Both the position numbers and the translations under genes were made by a program. 64,000 nt of DNA from Saccostrea cucullata (Eukaryota). Of this stretch, positions 1-10,015 are shown in pieces (the first letter of the stretch is position 1; every line of letters begins with the position of its first letter). Location: contig NW_026931372.1 of assembly GCF_032062105.1 (NCBI RefSeq), positions 310,001 through 374,000 of the forward strand, given 5' to 3'. The notes beneath the pieces are model-generated. The model worked only from the letters and a program-made list of their open reading frames with translations, was not told the DNA's origin and did not search any database.

Positions 1-479
1 AATTTCCCAGTCATTAGCATGGCTAGAATTGTCTTTATTCCGTCACTAGCTCCTGTACACAACATGACATCTTCCGGTTTGCTAGGAATTCCATCTCTAT
101 CAGATATGTATTTAGCAATATCCTCTCTTATTACATCTATACCTGGACTGGCCGAATAGGACCCAACACTGCCCCCTTTACAGCCCCCTAACAATCGCTT
201 GGCCCTTTCTTTGACATCATCAGGAAATCCGCAAGTGTCCATCATATCCGGATATGCACACAGTGACAAAACCTGACGGATGAAGGTAATGGGTGTCTGG
301 CCTGTAGCATGACAGTCACCAATGTTGGCCTTCATCACGGATGTGAAAGGTTTGTTGGCACCTTTGGCTAGGTCCTTTTCTAACTCAGTAGCCCTAGCTA
401 CTATGGGGCCTCTGACTGCATATTCCATGTCCCTTATATTGGGATTCACAGCATCCATGGTGAGAACTTTATCTGCCAT
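1..479 (-). CDS. GPT: Alanine aminotransferase (ALT/GPT, class I PLP aminotransferase), 5' part; continues off the left edge
   Basis: Manual translation from ATG at 479 gives MADKVLTMDAVNPNIRDMEYAVRGPIVARATELEKDLAKGANKPFTSVMKANIGDCHATGQTPITFIRQVLSLC...GSYSASPGIDVIREDIAKYISDRDG...LCTGASDGI. The EYAVRGP, ANIGD and GSYSxSxG motifs are typical of ALT. The exon begins at acceptor cttgtag| at 590. It is absent from the ORF track because the frame is open at the window edge. Confidence 0.93.
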   Translation of the reverse strand, partial: MADKVLTMDAVNPNIRDMEYAVRGPIVARATELEKDLAKGANKPFTSVMKANIGDCHATGQTPITFIRQVLSLCAYPDMMDTCGFPDDVKERAKRLLGGCKGGSVGSYSASPGIDVIREDIAKYISDRDGIPSKPEDVMLCTGASDGIKTILAMLMTGK

Positions 480-1096
480 CTTTGTTCTTGTAGAGTTGGT
501 GGCTGGCTGCTGATAGCCTTTTGTGTTTTGGTTATGCAATGTGTCACGTCTCAGGGTCAAACAGTTGCTTAACCAGCAGCTTGCATAAATCTACAAGATA
601 ATAAATAACAGTTAGATCTTTAAAAACAACACACTTTTCCGTTTCATATGTACAAAAACTGAAACATCAACGTGTTGTTATTGTTGATTAATCACAAACC
701 GGCCGAAAAACAAAAATCCTAAGTTAGAAAAAGCAGGACTGACACTAAATGGCAGGAGGCAGTTCGGGAAGTTATTTTAAACCACGACAAGTAAACGTTT
801 GAAACAGGGAAAATGGGGAGTAAGGAGGAAAACGTTTGATAAACACAGAAAAAATACTTGCATCATGCATACGTATTTTATTCCACCATATTAATGATTT
901 ATGTAAAAATGCCCTATGTTGCTATATTTTTTCATTATTTGTTTTTAAAAGTTTTATTTGTTATTTTTTTAGCAAAGATATATCAGAGATTATTTACAAT
1001 CAATAATTATTGATAAAACTAGTAAAAGGGGGAAAAACGAAATATTTAGCGTACAAGTTATGCAGTACCGAATAGGCCCATGAAAGAGGTGAAAGG

Positions 1097-1168
1097 TAGA
1101 CTGGTATTGCCTGTCTTTACCGTACGCAGGAAAATATATATCGGATATCAGACAGGCAGGCCAGTCTA
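1097..1168. mobile_element. 72-bp miniature inverted-repeat element with 9-bp TSD
   Basis: Termini TAGACTGG..CCAGTCTA with inner arms tgcctgtct/agacaggca. Flanked by the direct repeat GGTGAAAGG (1088-1096, 1169-1177). Confidence 0.7.
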
Positions 1169-1278
1169 GGTGAAAGGTAAACATTTCATTTTTATCGAAT
1201 TATCAACGGATAACGATAAAATCAACCATATAATCGGACTTAAAAGAAATTATGAAGTAAAAAAAACATATCAATTAA

Positions 1279-3019
1279 GAGCCATTCTCTGTAATGACTT
1301 GAAATTTTATATAGGAGTTGTGGCACGCATAGTCTCAGAATTTCTCCAAACTCTCTATGATAAAAGTCTTTGATACCCTTAACTAAAATCAGGCAAAAAT
1401 TGGTTGCTATGTGTTATAGTTACCATGGCAACATGTCTAAAAGTTTAAAAAATGACATTTTTTACCATGTTTAGAGCCCCATAATTAACATTTGCGGCAA
1501 AGCAAACAATTGGCATTGACTGTTTCCAAAAGGTTGAAGGCCTGTTGCCTCAAATGCATGATAAACAGGTTTGGTAAATCAACTATTACATACGTTACTA
1601 TGGTAACAAATTATTAGAAAGTAAAAAAAATATTCATTGAATTTTATAAAGTCATACACGTAAAAATAAAAAGCAATTATATGATGAAATGTGATCAAAT
1701 AATAGAGAAAAGAGCCTTGAAACATATACCAAGAACAAATTATGATATTTCAGTTTGGTTGGCAATGGTTGCCAAGGTTTTTATAGAACAGAGAGCCTTC
1801 AAATTTACACTCTGTATGTTTAAATCTGATCCTATCTTTTTAGAAAACACATTTCCTCATAAATAATGATCAATTTTTAAAGATGTTGGTGTGGTCCTTA
1901 TTTCCCCATTTAAAAAAATTTAGATCGGATTCTTTAAATAGAGCGTTGCTATGGAAATAAGCAGAAAAAATATGCTTAAAAATCTGAAAAATATTTTGTT
2001 ACCTTGGATACGTACCCTCAAATGTAGATTCCCAAAACTTTTATGATTGATATTTATTAACAGCTGACCTGATTTTTAATTTTGACTATCATCCAATCTC
2101 TAACTGGATGCAAGAAGCTGGCACACAGGGTTTAATATTGATATAAAGTTCACAAAATCGAACATTTTCCCTTCTTGGTAACCATAGCAACAGTGTTGTT
2201 TTCTTCGTCAAGTTTTATCAATATATGATATTCAACTTCAGTTCTAACAGATAAGTTCTATTCAAGCTGAGTCCTTTAATTTGTTTCTTGATTATGTGGC
2301 AATTTGATTCTTAATGCAGCGAATAATAATTCACTTTTAAGCACTGGTACTTTGTTTCCATGGTAACACTGCAAAGTAGCAATTATACCCAATATTTCTT
2401 ATGGTTTTGGTGTTGCAAGGTCCTAAGGATGTATATTTGCCAGTCTTAAATTTTCATGTTTTTCCTCAAGACAGTAGCATTAACCCAATCTTAGTTACAG
2501 GTTTTGCATTGTTACACTATGTTACCATGGCAACCATTAAAGTTATTTATAGAATAATATTGCTTATACTTATATACTTAAGGTCAAACATTTTCATTGT
2601 TTTTCTTAAGTCGTTGATTGAGTTTGAGCATGTAACACCTACCATTAGTGAATATGGAGTGTTTTTCAGCATATTTCAGCATTTTAAATGTATTCCAAAT
2701 GTACCCTTGGTTACCACTTACTTAGAGATATATTCAAAACAGTTTCTTTACAGTATAAGTAACATCAAGGTGTCATGTTTTTGTGAGAATGGTTTGTTTG
2801 CTTTTTCTAGTTTTTATTAAGCCACAGTCAAGATTTAAAGTGGTTGAAAATCTCGATTTTTCAAACTTTTCCGGCTGTTGCCATAGCAACCGAGACACTT
2901 AGCAACGAAATTTTGTTTGATATTTGTTTCTGGTGTCAAGAACTAAGCATGGGTGAAGTTTCATCAAAATCGGTGACCATGCGTGGCAACGAAGTTTAAG
3001 TGGTTACAGAGAATGGCTA
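1279..3019. mobile_element. Non-autonomous DNA transposon with TTAA TSD (Kolobok-like)
   Basis: TIR (g/t)agccattctctgtaa at both ends. TTAA at 1275-1278 and 3020-3023. No transposase ORF. Many internal GTTRCCATGGYAAC-type palindromes. Confidence 0.8.
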
Positions 3020-3433
3020 TTAATACTACAATTAAAGAACATGGCAATTTTTCGTATTTCTCTGCCCAAGCAGAGATGTGTACGGACAGTCACTCAGTCA
3101 GGTAGTTTCTCACTGAGAATCTCAGGTCCAGCATCATCTCTTCATTAAGTTATGTAGCTTTAAATATCTACATATATTTATTAAACTATTCAGAATAGCC
3201 TGATTAAGCTAAATACAAAGTTTTTCATGAAAACGTTTTCTGTTAGAAGTAAACAAAAAAGTCACAAGTATTCGTACTATGGGCTATCAATTATACAACC
3301 TAAATCATAGATGTTTCTGCATAACTGTGTGGTCACTCTTTTGGAACTTTGATTTCAAAGTCAATTTGATGATTGATTTTTTACATGCATTGTATTCACT
3401 GAATAATTCAGAAGAGTTCAAAGTTGAATAATA

Positions 3434-3859
3434 CAGGTTGGGACCAATCGCCCAAATGGGATATAATAGTCCGTTTGGGATATAATATCCCAAATGGGCT
3501 ATAAATTTACAGTGCAAAAATTGAAAATTTTTATTTTGGCAATAAATATCATAAATCCGCATCAAAACACTTAAAAAGGAATAACTTTTGGTAAGCAAGT
3601 TTTTCTGCAACCCTACAGTTTGTAAGATTGATCCCCAAGAAGTTAAGGAACTTCCGAGGGATCAATCTCCTAAACAATGGGCATACAGGAAAACTTGTCA
3701 ACCAAAAGTTATTCCTTTTTTAGTGTCTTGATGCGGATTTATAATATTTATTTCCAAAATAAAAATTTTCAATTTTTGCACTGTAAATTTATAGCCCATT
3801 TGGGATATTATATCCCAAACAGACTATTATATCCCATTTGGGCGATTGGTCCCAACCTG
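3434..3859. mobile_element. Fold-back MITE with ~200-bp TIRs, TA TSD (Tc1/mariner-type)
   Basis: TA|CAGGTTGGGACCAATCGCCCAAATGGG...CCCATTTGGGCGATTGGTCCCAACCTG|TA. The mirror-image ORFs 3305..3610(-) and 3677..3862(+) arise from the two arms. Confidence 0.88.
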
Positions 3860-3942
3860 TAATATGTTTTACGGTGTGACCGTTGGGGCAAGTGCAGTTG
3901 TACCATCAAAAACACTCTAAAACTTTATCAGCCACTTCAAAC

Positions 3943-4698
3943 CACAGGTACTTGTGGACAAGACCCTTCCCCCCCCCCCCCGATATTCAACCCCAGGGCT
4001 TATTGGACATTTTTTTCAAAAATTATATTTATTACACTTATTCATTATGTGTACAATATGAAAAAAATCGTCAAAACCCCAAAACAATCGCTCTACAAAA
4101 AAAATACCACACTATACATTATAAGGGAGAAAGGTATGCCACTGCGGTTTGAAATTTCCCTAAGTGAAAGCAACGGAAGTGCATAGAGAATATATGATAA
4201 AACCCGAGAGAGATTATTACGTCATACAAAACTCTCGGACGTTATCCTAATAAGTAAAACATTCTCTATGCACTCTGTTGCGATAACCTAGGGAAATTTC
4301 AGCGTTCTATCTGGAAAACAGTTTACGGAGATAATCAGATAATGTGGGATTATTACGAGATGCAGAGTTAATCCGAAAGCATGCACGAAGACAGAAATAT
4401 ATGCAGAGACGATGTGAATCGACATTTTAGGTTGAAATAAAATAAATACATGTTTTTAAACCCAGAAAGACCAGTGGGGGTACAACGTAAACAAACCGGA
4501 GTGGCATACCTTTCTCCCTTAAAATGTATAGTGGGGTATTTTTTTGTAGAGCGATTGTTTTGGGGTTTTGACGATTTTTTCATATTGTACACATGATGAA
4601 TAAGTGTAATAATTAAAAAATAATTTTTGAATAAAATTGTCCAACAAGCCCCGGGGTTGAATTTCGGGGGGGGGGGATCCTGTCCATAAGTACCTGTG
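3943..4698. mobile_element. Non-autonomous TIR element, ~210-bp TIRs, 8-bp TSD (P- or hAT-like)
   Basis: Ends CACAGGTACTT..AAGTACCTGTG. Perfect TSD CTTCAAAC at 3935-3942 and 4699-4706. The arms explain the mirror ORFs 3883..4152(+) and 4519..4704(-). Confidence 0.88.
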
Positions 4699-4735
4699 CT
4701 TCAAACATCAAGCTGCACGAGACATCTCGACTAGA

Positions 4736-4747
4736 TGTGACGTCACA
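4736..4747. promoter_or_regulatory. Palindromic CRE/ATF-type site in a CpG-richer patch between the divergent ALT and BTB genes
   Basis: TGTGACGTCACA contains the full CRE TGACGTCA. Function is inferred from position only. Confidence 0.3.
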
Positions 4748-5105
4748 CGACATCACGGAGCTCGTTGGAGCTTACGGAGACAGCGGAGCATCTGTTTGAA
4801 ACTATATACCTATAGTGCAATTTTGGTTGAAAAACTTTGAAGAGTTATTTTTTGTTTCTTTGAAAGATTTCTACAAACTGATAGCCTTTTCTGCTTTACG
4901 TTATTATTTATTTATTTATTTGCGCAAAGGACATTGGGTAGTGCAGGAATTCTGGGAATGTTTCACAGAGAAATTTGGCTGACGTATGTATAGATTTCAA
5001 TCCGAATTTCCTCTGTTCTCACACGTTAGTCTCTTGAGCTCGCTTTGCAAGTGTCGCTTCGCGATGCTAGCTGCGCTCGCTATAATCACTGCACTGACAT
5101 GACCA

Positions 5106-5136
<31 letters not shown>

Positions 5137-5957
5137 ATGTCATACACACCCGGTTTAACGATAGAATTCGTTCCGTGTATTCTCAATGTAACAAAATAAA
5201 CACAGGCGATAACTTGTACTCAGTGCATTTACTACAAACAATCCCGAGAGTTCCGAATGGAAAAATGGCATGTAAATTTGAAGCAAGAAAAAACGTTAAG
5301 AAAATTAGTTGAATTTGCCTCTTTTTATGGATTTTTTTGGGGGATGAAAGGCATTTAAAAATCTCAGAAAGGTTTGTTACAATTAATTTGGAAGTTATTT
5401 TCAGTGCAGATTCTTTTGTATTCTTCAAAATCGTTTTGGAGCGATTCTGCAATTTTTTGCTACATTGCGAGTGTATGGGAGGTATTCTAACTGTTGTGAG
5501 GGATTGTCCTGACTAACATGACCAACACATTTGAGAAAAAAGTTTGATAAAACAGCCGTATCAAGCTATTCCAAATAGCTTAATAAAGCTAAATAGCTAA
5601 ATAAAGCTTTATACCTTAATCAAGAGATTGTTCATGACCTGTTTCTAACTCAGTAACTGTCTTGTCTTGGGATAAGCCCACAAAACATGTCTGTAAGACA
5701 ATATCATTTCAGACAGAAAGTTCTGCCTCTGCAGCAGATAACCCTTAAAATTACCAAGGTACATTTATTTTTTGAGAGAATTTGTGCTGCCAAAGTTATT
5801 CAGTTTATTCTTGTTTCTCTCAGGAGCTAGGTTAGGAGAATGGCAATCTCCACCATTGAATTCTCAGTTTTTGCAGCATATATATATAGTTCTAAACCTT
5901 AATCTACGAAGGGAGAGAATTTGTGTTGATCAAGTTTTTCTTTTTTCTCTCAGGAGA

Positions 5958-7587
5958 ATGGCGGCCTCCATCATTGATGACTGGCAGTCCTGCAGGAACA
6001 TACAGTACTGTAATAAATACATGTGGACCAATCAGATTGCATGTGACATAGAGTTCCTGGTGGGAGAGAACAAGGAGAGGGTGTCGGCTCACAAGTACGT
6101 TCTGGTTAGCAGGAGTTGTGTTTTCTTCTCCATGTTCTGTGGACCCCTTGCTGAAACACAAAGGGAAATAACTCTACCTGATATTGAGCCTCCTGTTTTT
6201 AAGGCGCTCCTAGAGTAAGTGTTTGTACATACAAATATCAATACATGTATTCACTTAATTTCTACATTCTACATTTTTTTAGTCCATATAGGGCTTTATA
6301 GTAGTTGATCAATCAATGTGAACAAAGTGTTGATTCTGGTATATATGATGAAAAAAAGTTTTAAAAATTGAAAACAGAATTAAAGACTTATGTGGAGAAA
6401 TTCTTTACTGATGAATTCTTTTCCATTTTGTATGAATTTATTCTCTGTGTTACAGGTTCCTCTACACTGACTCTGTAGACCCACAGCCAGATATTGTTCT
6501 GCCATTGCTGTATGCTGCCAAGAAGTATTCCATCCAGGCTCTGGTGAAACAGTGCATTCAGTATCTTGAACTGGATCAAACCACAGAGAACATCTGTGCT
6601 ATTCTTGAACAATCACATTTGTATGATGAACATGAACTTCAGAGGAAATGCATGAGCTACATCTGTCGTCACACTAAAGAGGTATTACATTCAGAAGATT
6701 TTCTGAACCTCTCCTCCAAATGTCTTGAAGTTATTTTATCCAGTGATGAATTACAGATTGATGAGAAATCAGTTCTAGATGCTGCCCTGAAGTGGGCACT
6801 TGCTCAATGTGAGGTGAAAGGTTTGGACATCAATGCAGAGAACCAAAGGAAGGTTCTGGGGGACATTATCTATCTGGTAAGGTTCCCATTACTCGGGGAT
6901 CAATATTTCACTGAGGTTGTTGCAGATATGGACATTCTCACTGATGCCGAAAAAGTGGAACTCTTCAAGTTCTTCTTTAAGAAGGAGAGAAGTAAAAAGT
7001 GTAAGTTCAGTGCAATAAACAGATACTCTGGACTGGATTCTCCTACCTCCATGACGACATCTTTCCACTCGGATGTAAACGACAGTCGGCCCATACAAAC
7101 CTGTATCCGGTATCAAACGGTTTACGAGGACGGTTCGTGGTACTGTGGTGGTGAACCAGATGCCATTTCCTTCACCTGCAATGAGAAGATCTCCCTGCAT
7201 GGTATTCTTGTCTATGGATCGTACATTGGTGAAGGAGTGTACGATGTGACCTGCTCCATTTACGATACGATGGAAACAGAAAAGGTCACCCGAAAAACCA
7301 GGTTAAAAACCAGCGAGAGCCAGCACACATATCCAATCCTCTTAGAGACGCCCATAGATATTGGACCAGGAAAGAAGCACTCGTTAGTGGTGAAACTAAT
7401 TAGCTCTGACGGGCTGGACACTTATCAAGGGAAGAATGGGCTCAGCACGGTCACCTGTTCAGGTGTGCGCTTCAGCTTCAGTAAATCTAAGTTCAGTCGC
7501 AATGGAACGGACGTGAAGATTGGACAAATTCCTGGCATCTTGTTTACAACTAACAAGGACTTCTCAGACGAATATGACTCCACATAA
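5958..7587 (+). CDS. BTB/POZ-BACK-PHR domain protein (BTBD1/2/3/6 family), 462 aa
   Basis: Exons 5958-6214 and 6456-7587 (GA|gtaagt...tacag|G, phase 2). BTB: CDIEFLVG..SAHKYVLVSRSCVFFSMFCG..ITLPDIEPPVFKALLEFLYTD. BACK: LYAAKKY..LVRFPLL. PHR: WYCGGEPDAISF..GTDVKIGQIPGILF. Confidence 0.93.
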
Positions 7588-8920
7588 TTATTTTGTACAC
7601 TGTTCAGGAATTCTTTGTACTAGTAACCAAACTGCAAATTGTATAAATGTCATACATGTACTATACAATCTTAATCAGCATAATCAGAAATTATTTAATA
7701 GTAGACTATACATTAATAATCTATGTGAAAATTGCTTAAATTATAAGTACAAATGTAGTAAATTATACACTTGTATTTACTTTTTATGCCCTTTACTATA
7801 CATTGCATTTACTGAAAACAGTTTTGTATTTGTGTACTTCAGTAAAATAATACATGTCCTTTTATTGAACAGATATTATTTGCATAACCTGAAAATTATA
7901 CAATTGTATATAAATTCTATTCACTGCACTGCACTGTTTTACTAGAAAATTTTTGTATAAATAGGACATTCTACGTTACTTTTAGGTATCTTTTCTCATC
8001 TGTTTACCTTGCTTCTATTTATGTGTAGTAAAACAAACTTTGCATTGGTATTGTTTGCCTGGAGTTTTATGTTAATAAAAACATGGTTGTGTCATTCCTC
8101 ATATTCCTTTGATCACAAAATACATATAAAATATATTAAATTGTCTGTACACTGTACAATGTACTGTACATGAAATACATGAACCATAATGTACTAGTAA
8201 TTATGTACTACCTGCATGGTATTATTTTTTTTAATGATTGTCATTGAGAAGATGTTAATTGGTATATATTTCCAGTTACCATGAATAATTGCATATAATT
8301 TTCTAACATGTAATGTAAGGAAACAAAACAATTCCTCATCAAAATTTATTTCAAACTTTTTAAATTCAAATGCATTGTCAAGTGGTTTTAAACATTTTTT
8401 ATTTCATACACAGTTAATTAGCTTCAGTGTTGATAAAAGTGTTAATTAAGAGATGGTTTGATCAGATAGTGTCTTCCAAATATGTTTTAGAAATACTATG
8501 CAGATCAAGTCTCGTTATCAGTTCAATTCTTCTAGTCATATTTTAAGTTTTTAATTGCCATTTGAACCAAATATATTGTTACAAATATTTATCGTTTTTG
8601 GAGTATCATATTTTATTTTATTTTGGTTGTGAATTATCATGATAATACCTCTTTTGTGTACTTTTTTTAACTTGCAAATTATACTGTAATTGCCTAATTT
8701 TATGCAAAGTATTGTCATCAAATTAAATTTATTGTAAGATCATGATACTTATATGGAATAAAAATCTTTTTAAAAATCTTTGAGTTTTGGAACAAGGTGT
8801 TAATGCACATAAAGCCACTGGTTTCATTGAATAGAATTTCAAATATTGAAGTCTGAACCCCCAATTTAATCAAAATTAGAACTTTCATCAGACTGAGACT
8901 TATATACATGTATAATATAC

Positions 8921-8981
8921 ATGAAAACGTGGACCTATATACTATATACATTGTATATAGTATATAGGTCCATGTTTTCAT
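8921..8981. repeat. ~30-bp-arm hairpin related to the GGACCTATATACT mini-element family
   Basis: atgaaaacgtggacctatatactatataca-t-tgtatatagtatataggtccatgttttcat. The core matches the mini elements at 30468 and 30955, but no direct TSD is seen. Confidence 0.7.
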
Positions 8982-9044
8982 CTTGTTCTTAGTAAATTGC
9001 CAAATAAATTTCCTAAGAGCAGTACAAAAGATCTAACATATAAT

Positions 9045-9402
9045 AACTAGAGGTATTGTGAGCAAATGAGCTCACTAAATGATAACCCCTGCCTCCCATA
9101 TGGTTATACATGTATTGGCAAAGTCCATGTTTTGCTGTGGCCGAGAAACCCATTAAAATATGTGCCAGATCAAAAAGTAAAATAGGAGGTCACAATGGCA
9201 ATATGTAATAAAGATTCTGTGAATTAAAGTTTGAATTTCATTTAGTTTCACTCGGTGGACTGAGTGGTAGAAGAGGATCAGTTGCGGATAAGAGATGGGT
9301 ACCTCAAAGCGTAACAGACAGATGGACGGACATACAGCTAGACAAATGGATGGACATACCGATTACTATATACCCTCCTGCTTTTTAAGCAGGGGGTATT
9401 AT
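9045..9402 (-). mobile_element. Short degraded Helentron-derived (HINE/DINE-1-like) element
   Basis: One end is aactagagg..gtgagc..gctcac (stem-loop). A GACA/GACG microsatellite lies near 9315-9355. The other end has the inverted repeat ccctcctgctt/aagcagggggt. Confidence 0.5.
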
Positions 9403-9675
9403 AATTCTAAGATTGCTATATAAACCACACAAAGTACATAATAATATATGCTAAAGTTTAATTTTGCTTACGAGCTATAGGTTTAGTTCAGTCTAGGAAT
9501 TCCCTCCTAAGTATAAGGAGCACCCAGAAAGGTGATAATTCTTATAAAGACATATAATAATTAAAATTCAAAAGAATAGGTTAAGTGAATTTAAAGAGAA
9601 ACAGTAAGTAAAACCCATGCAGTCTTAATATTTTGCAGTAAAAAAAAGTGTGAAGAGCGATAGACAAACTGAAAA

Positions 9676-9801
9676 CACAGGGGCTTGTGTAGAGAAAATA
9701 AATCAGTTTAAAAAATTAGTACCTCGGAGAGAAAAATACATTTTTCTCTCCGAGGTACTAATTTTTTAAACTGATTTATTTTCTCTACACAAGCCCCTGT
9801 G
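9676..9801. mobile_element. 126-bp perfect palindromic MITE with 7-bp TSD (P-superfamily-like termini)
   Basis: Two perfect 62-bp arms (9676-9737, 9740-9801) with a 2-nt spacer. Ends CACAGGGG..CCCCTGTG. TSD CTGAAAA at 9669-9675 and 9802-9808. Confidence 0.9.
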
Positions 9802-10015
9802 CTGAAAATTGATAAAGAAAAATAGTACGAACACACTGTATACGGTAGTTAATTATAATAAGCATTTTTTCATTTACCATTGGCTAGATATCTTGGTCAT
9901 TACACATGTTCTATATCTGCCTCAGTTGTGTGAGCTTTAAGTACCTTCAGTACTTCGATTTTGTGTCACCGAGGTTGCGTCCCTTTGTAGGAACTCTTCA
10001 GCAAACAAATTCAAG

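Noticed and set aside
322-513. 63-aa plus-strand ORF
   Set aside because: Antisense shadow of the ALT exon.
3090-3146. Possible first coding exon for ALT (minus-strand ATG ATG CTG GAC CTG AGA..)
   Set aside because: The only nearby GT donor is weak and in phase 2, while the 590 acceptor needs phase 0.
3305-4704. Pairs of similar ORFs on opposite strands suggesting duplicated small genes
   Set aside because: They are translations of the two arms of inverted-repeat transposons.
9252-9300. tRNA A-box-like ggtggactgagtggtaga
   Set aside because: No cloverleaf or B-box; lies within a HINE remnant.
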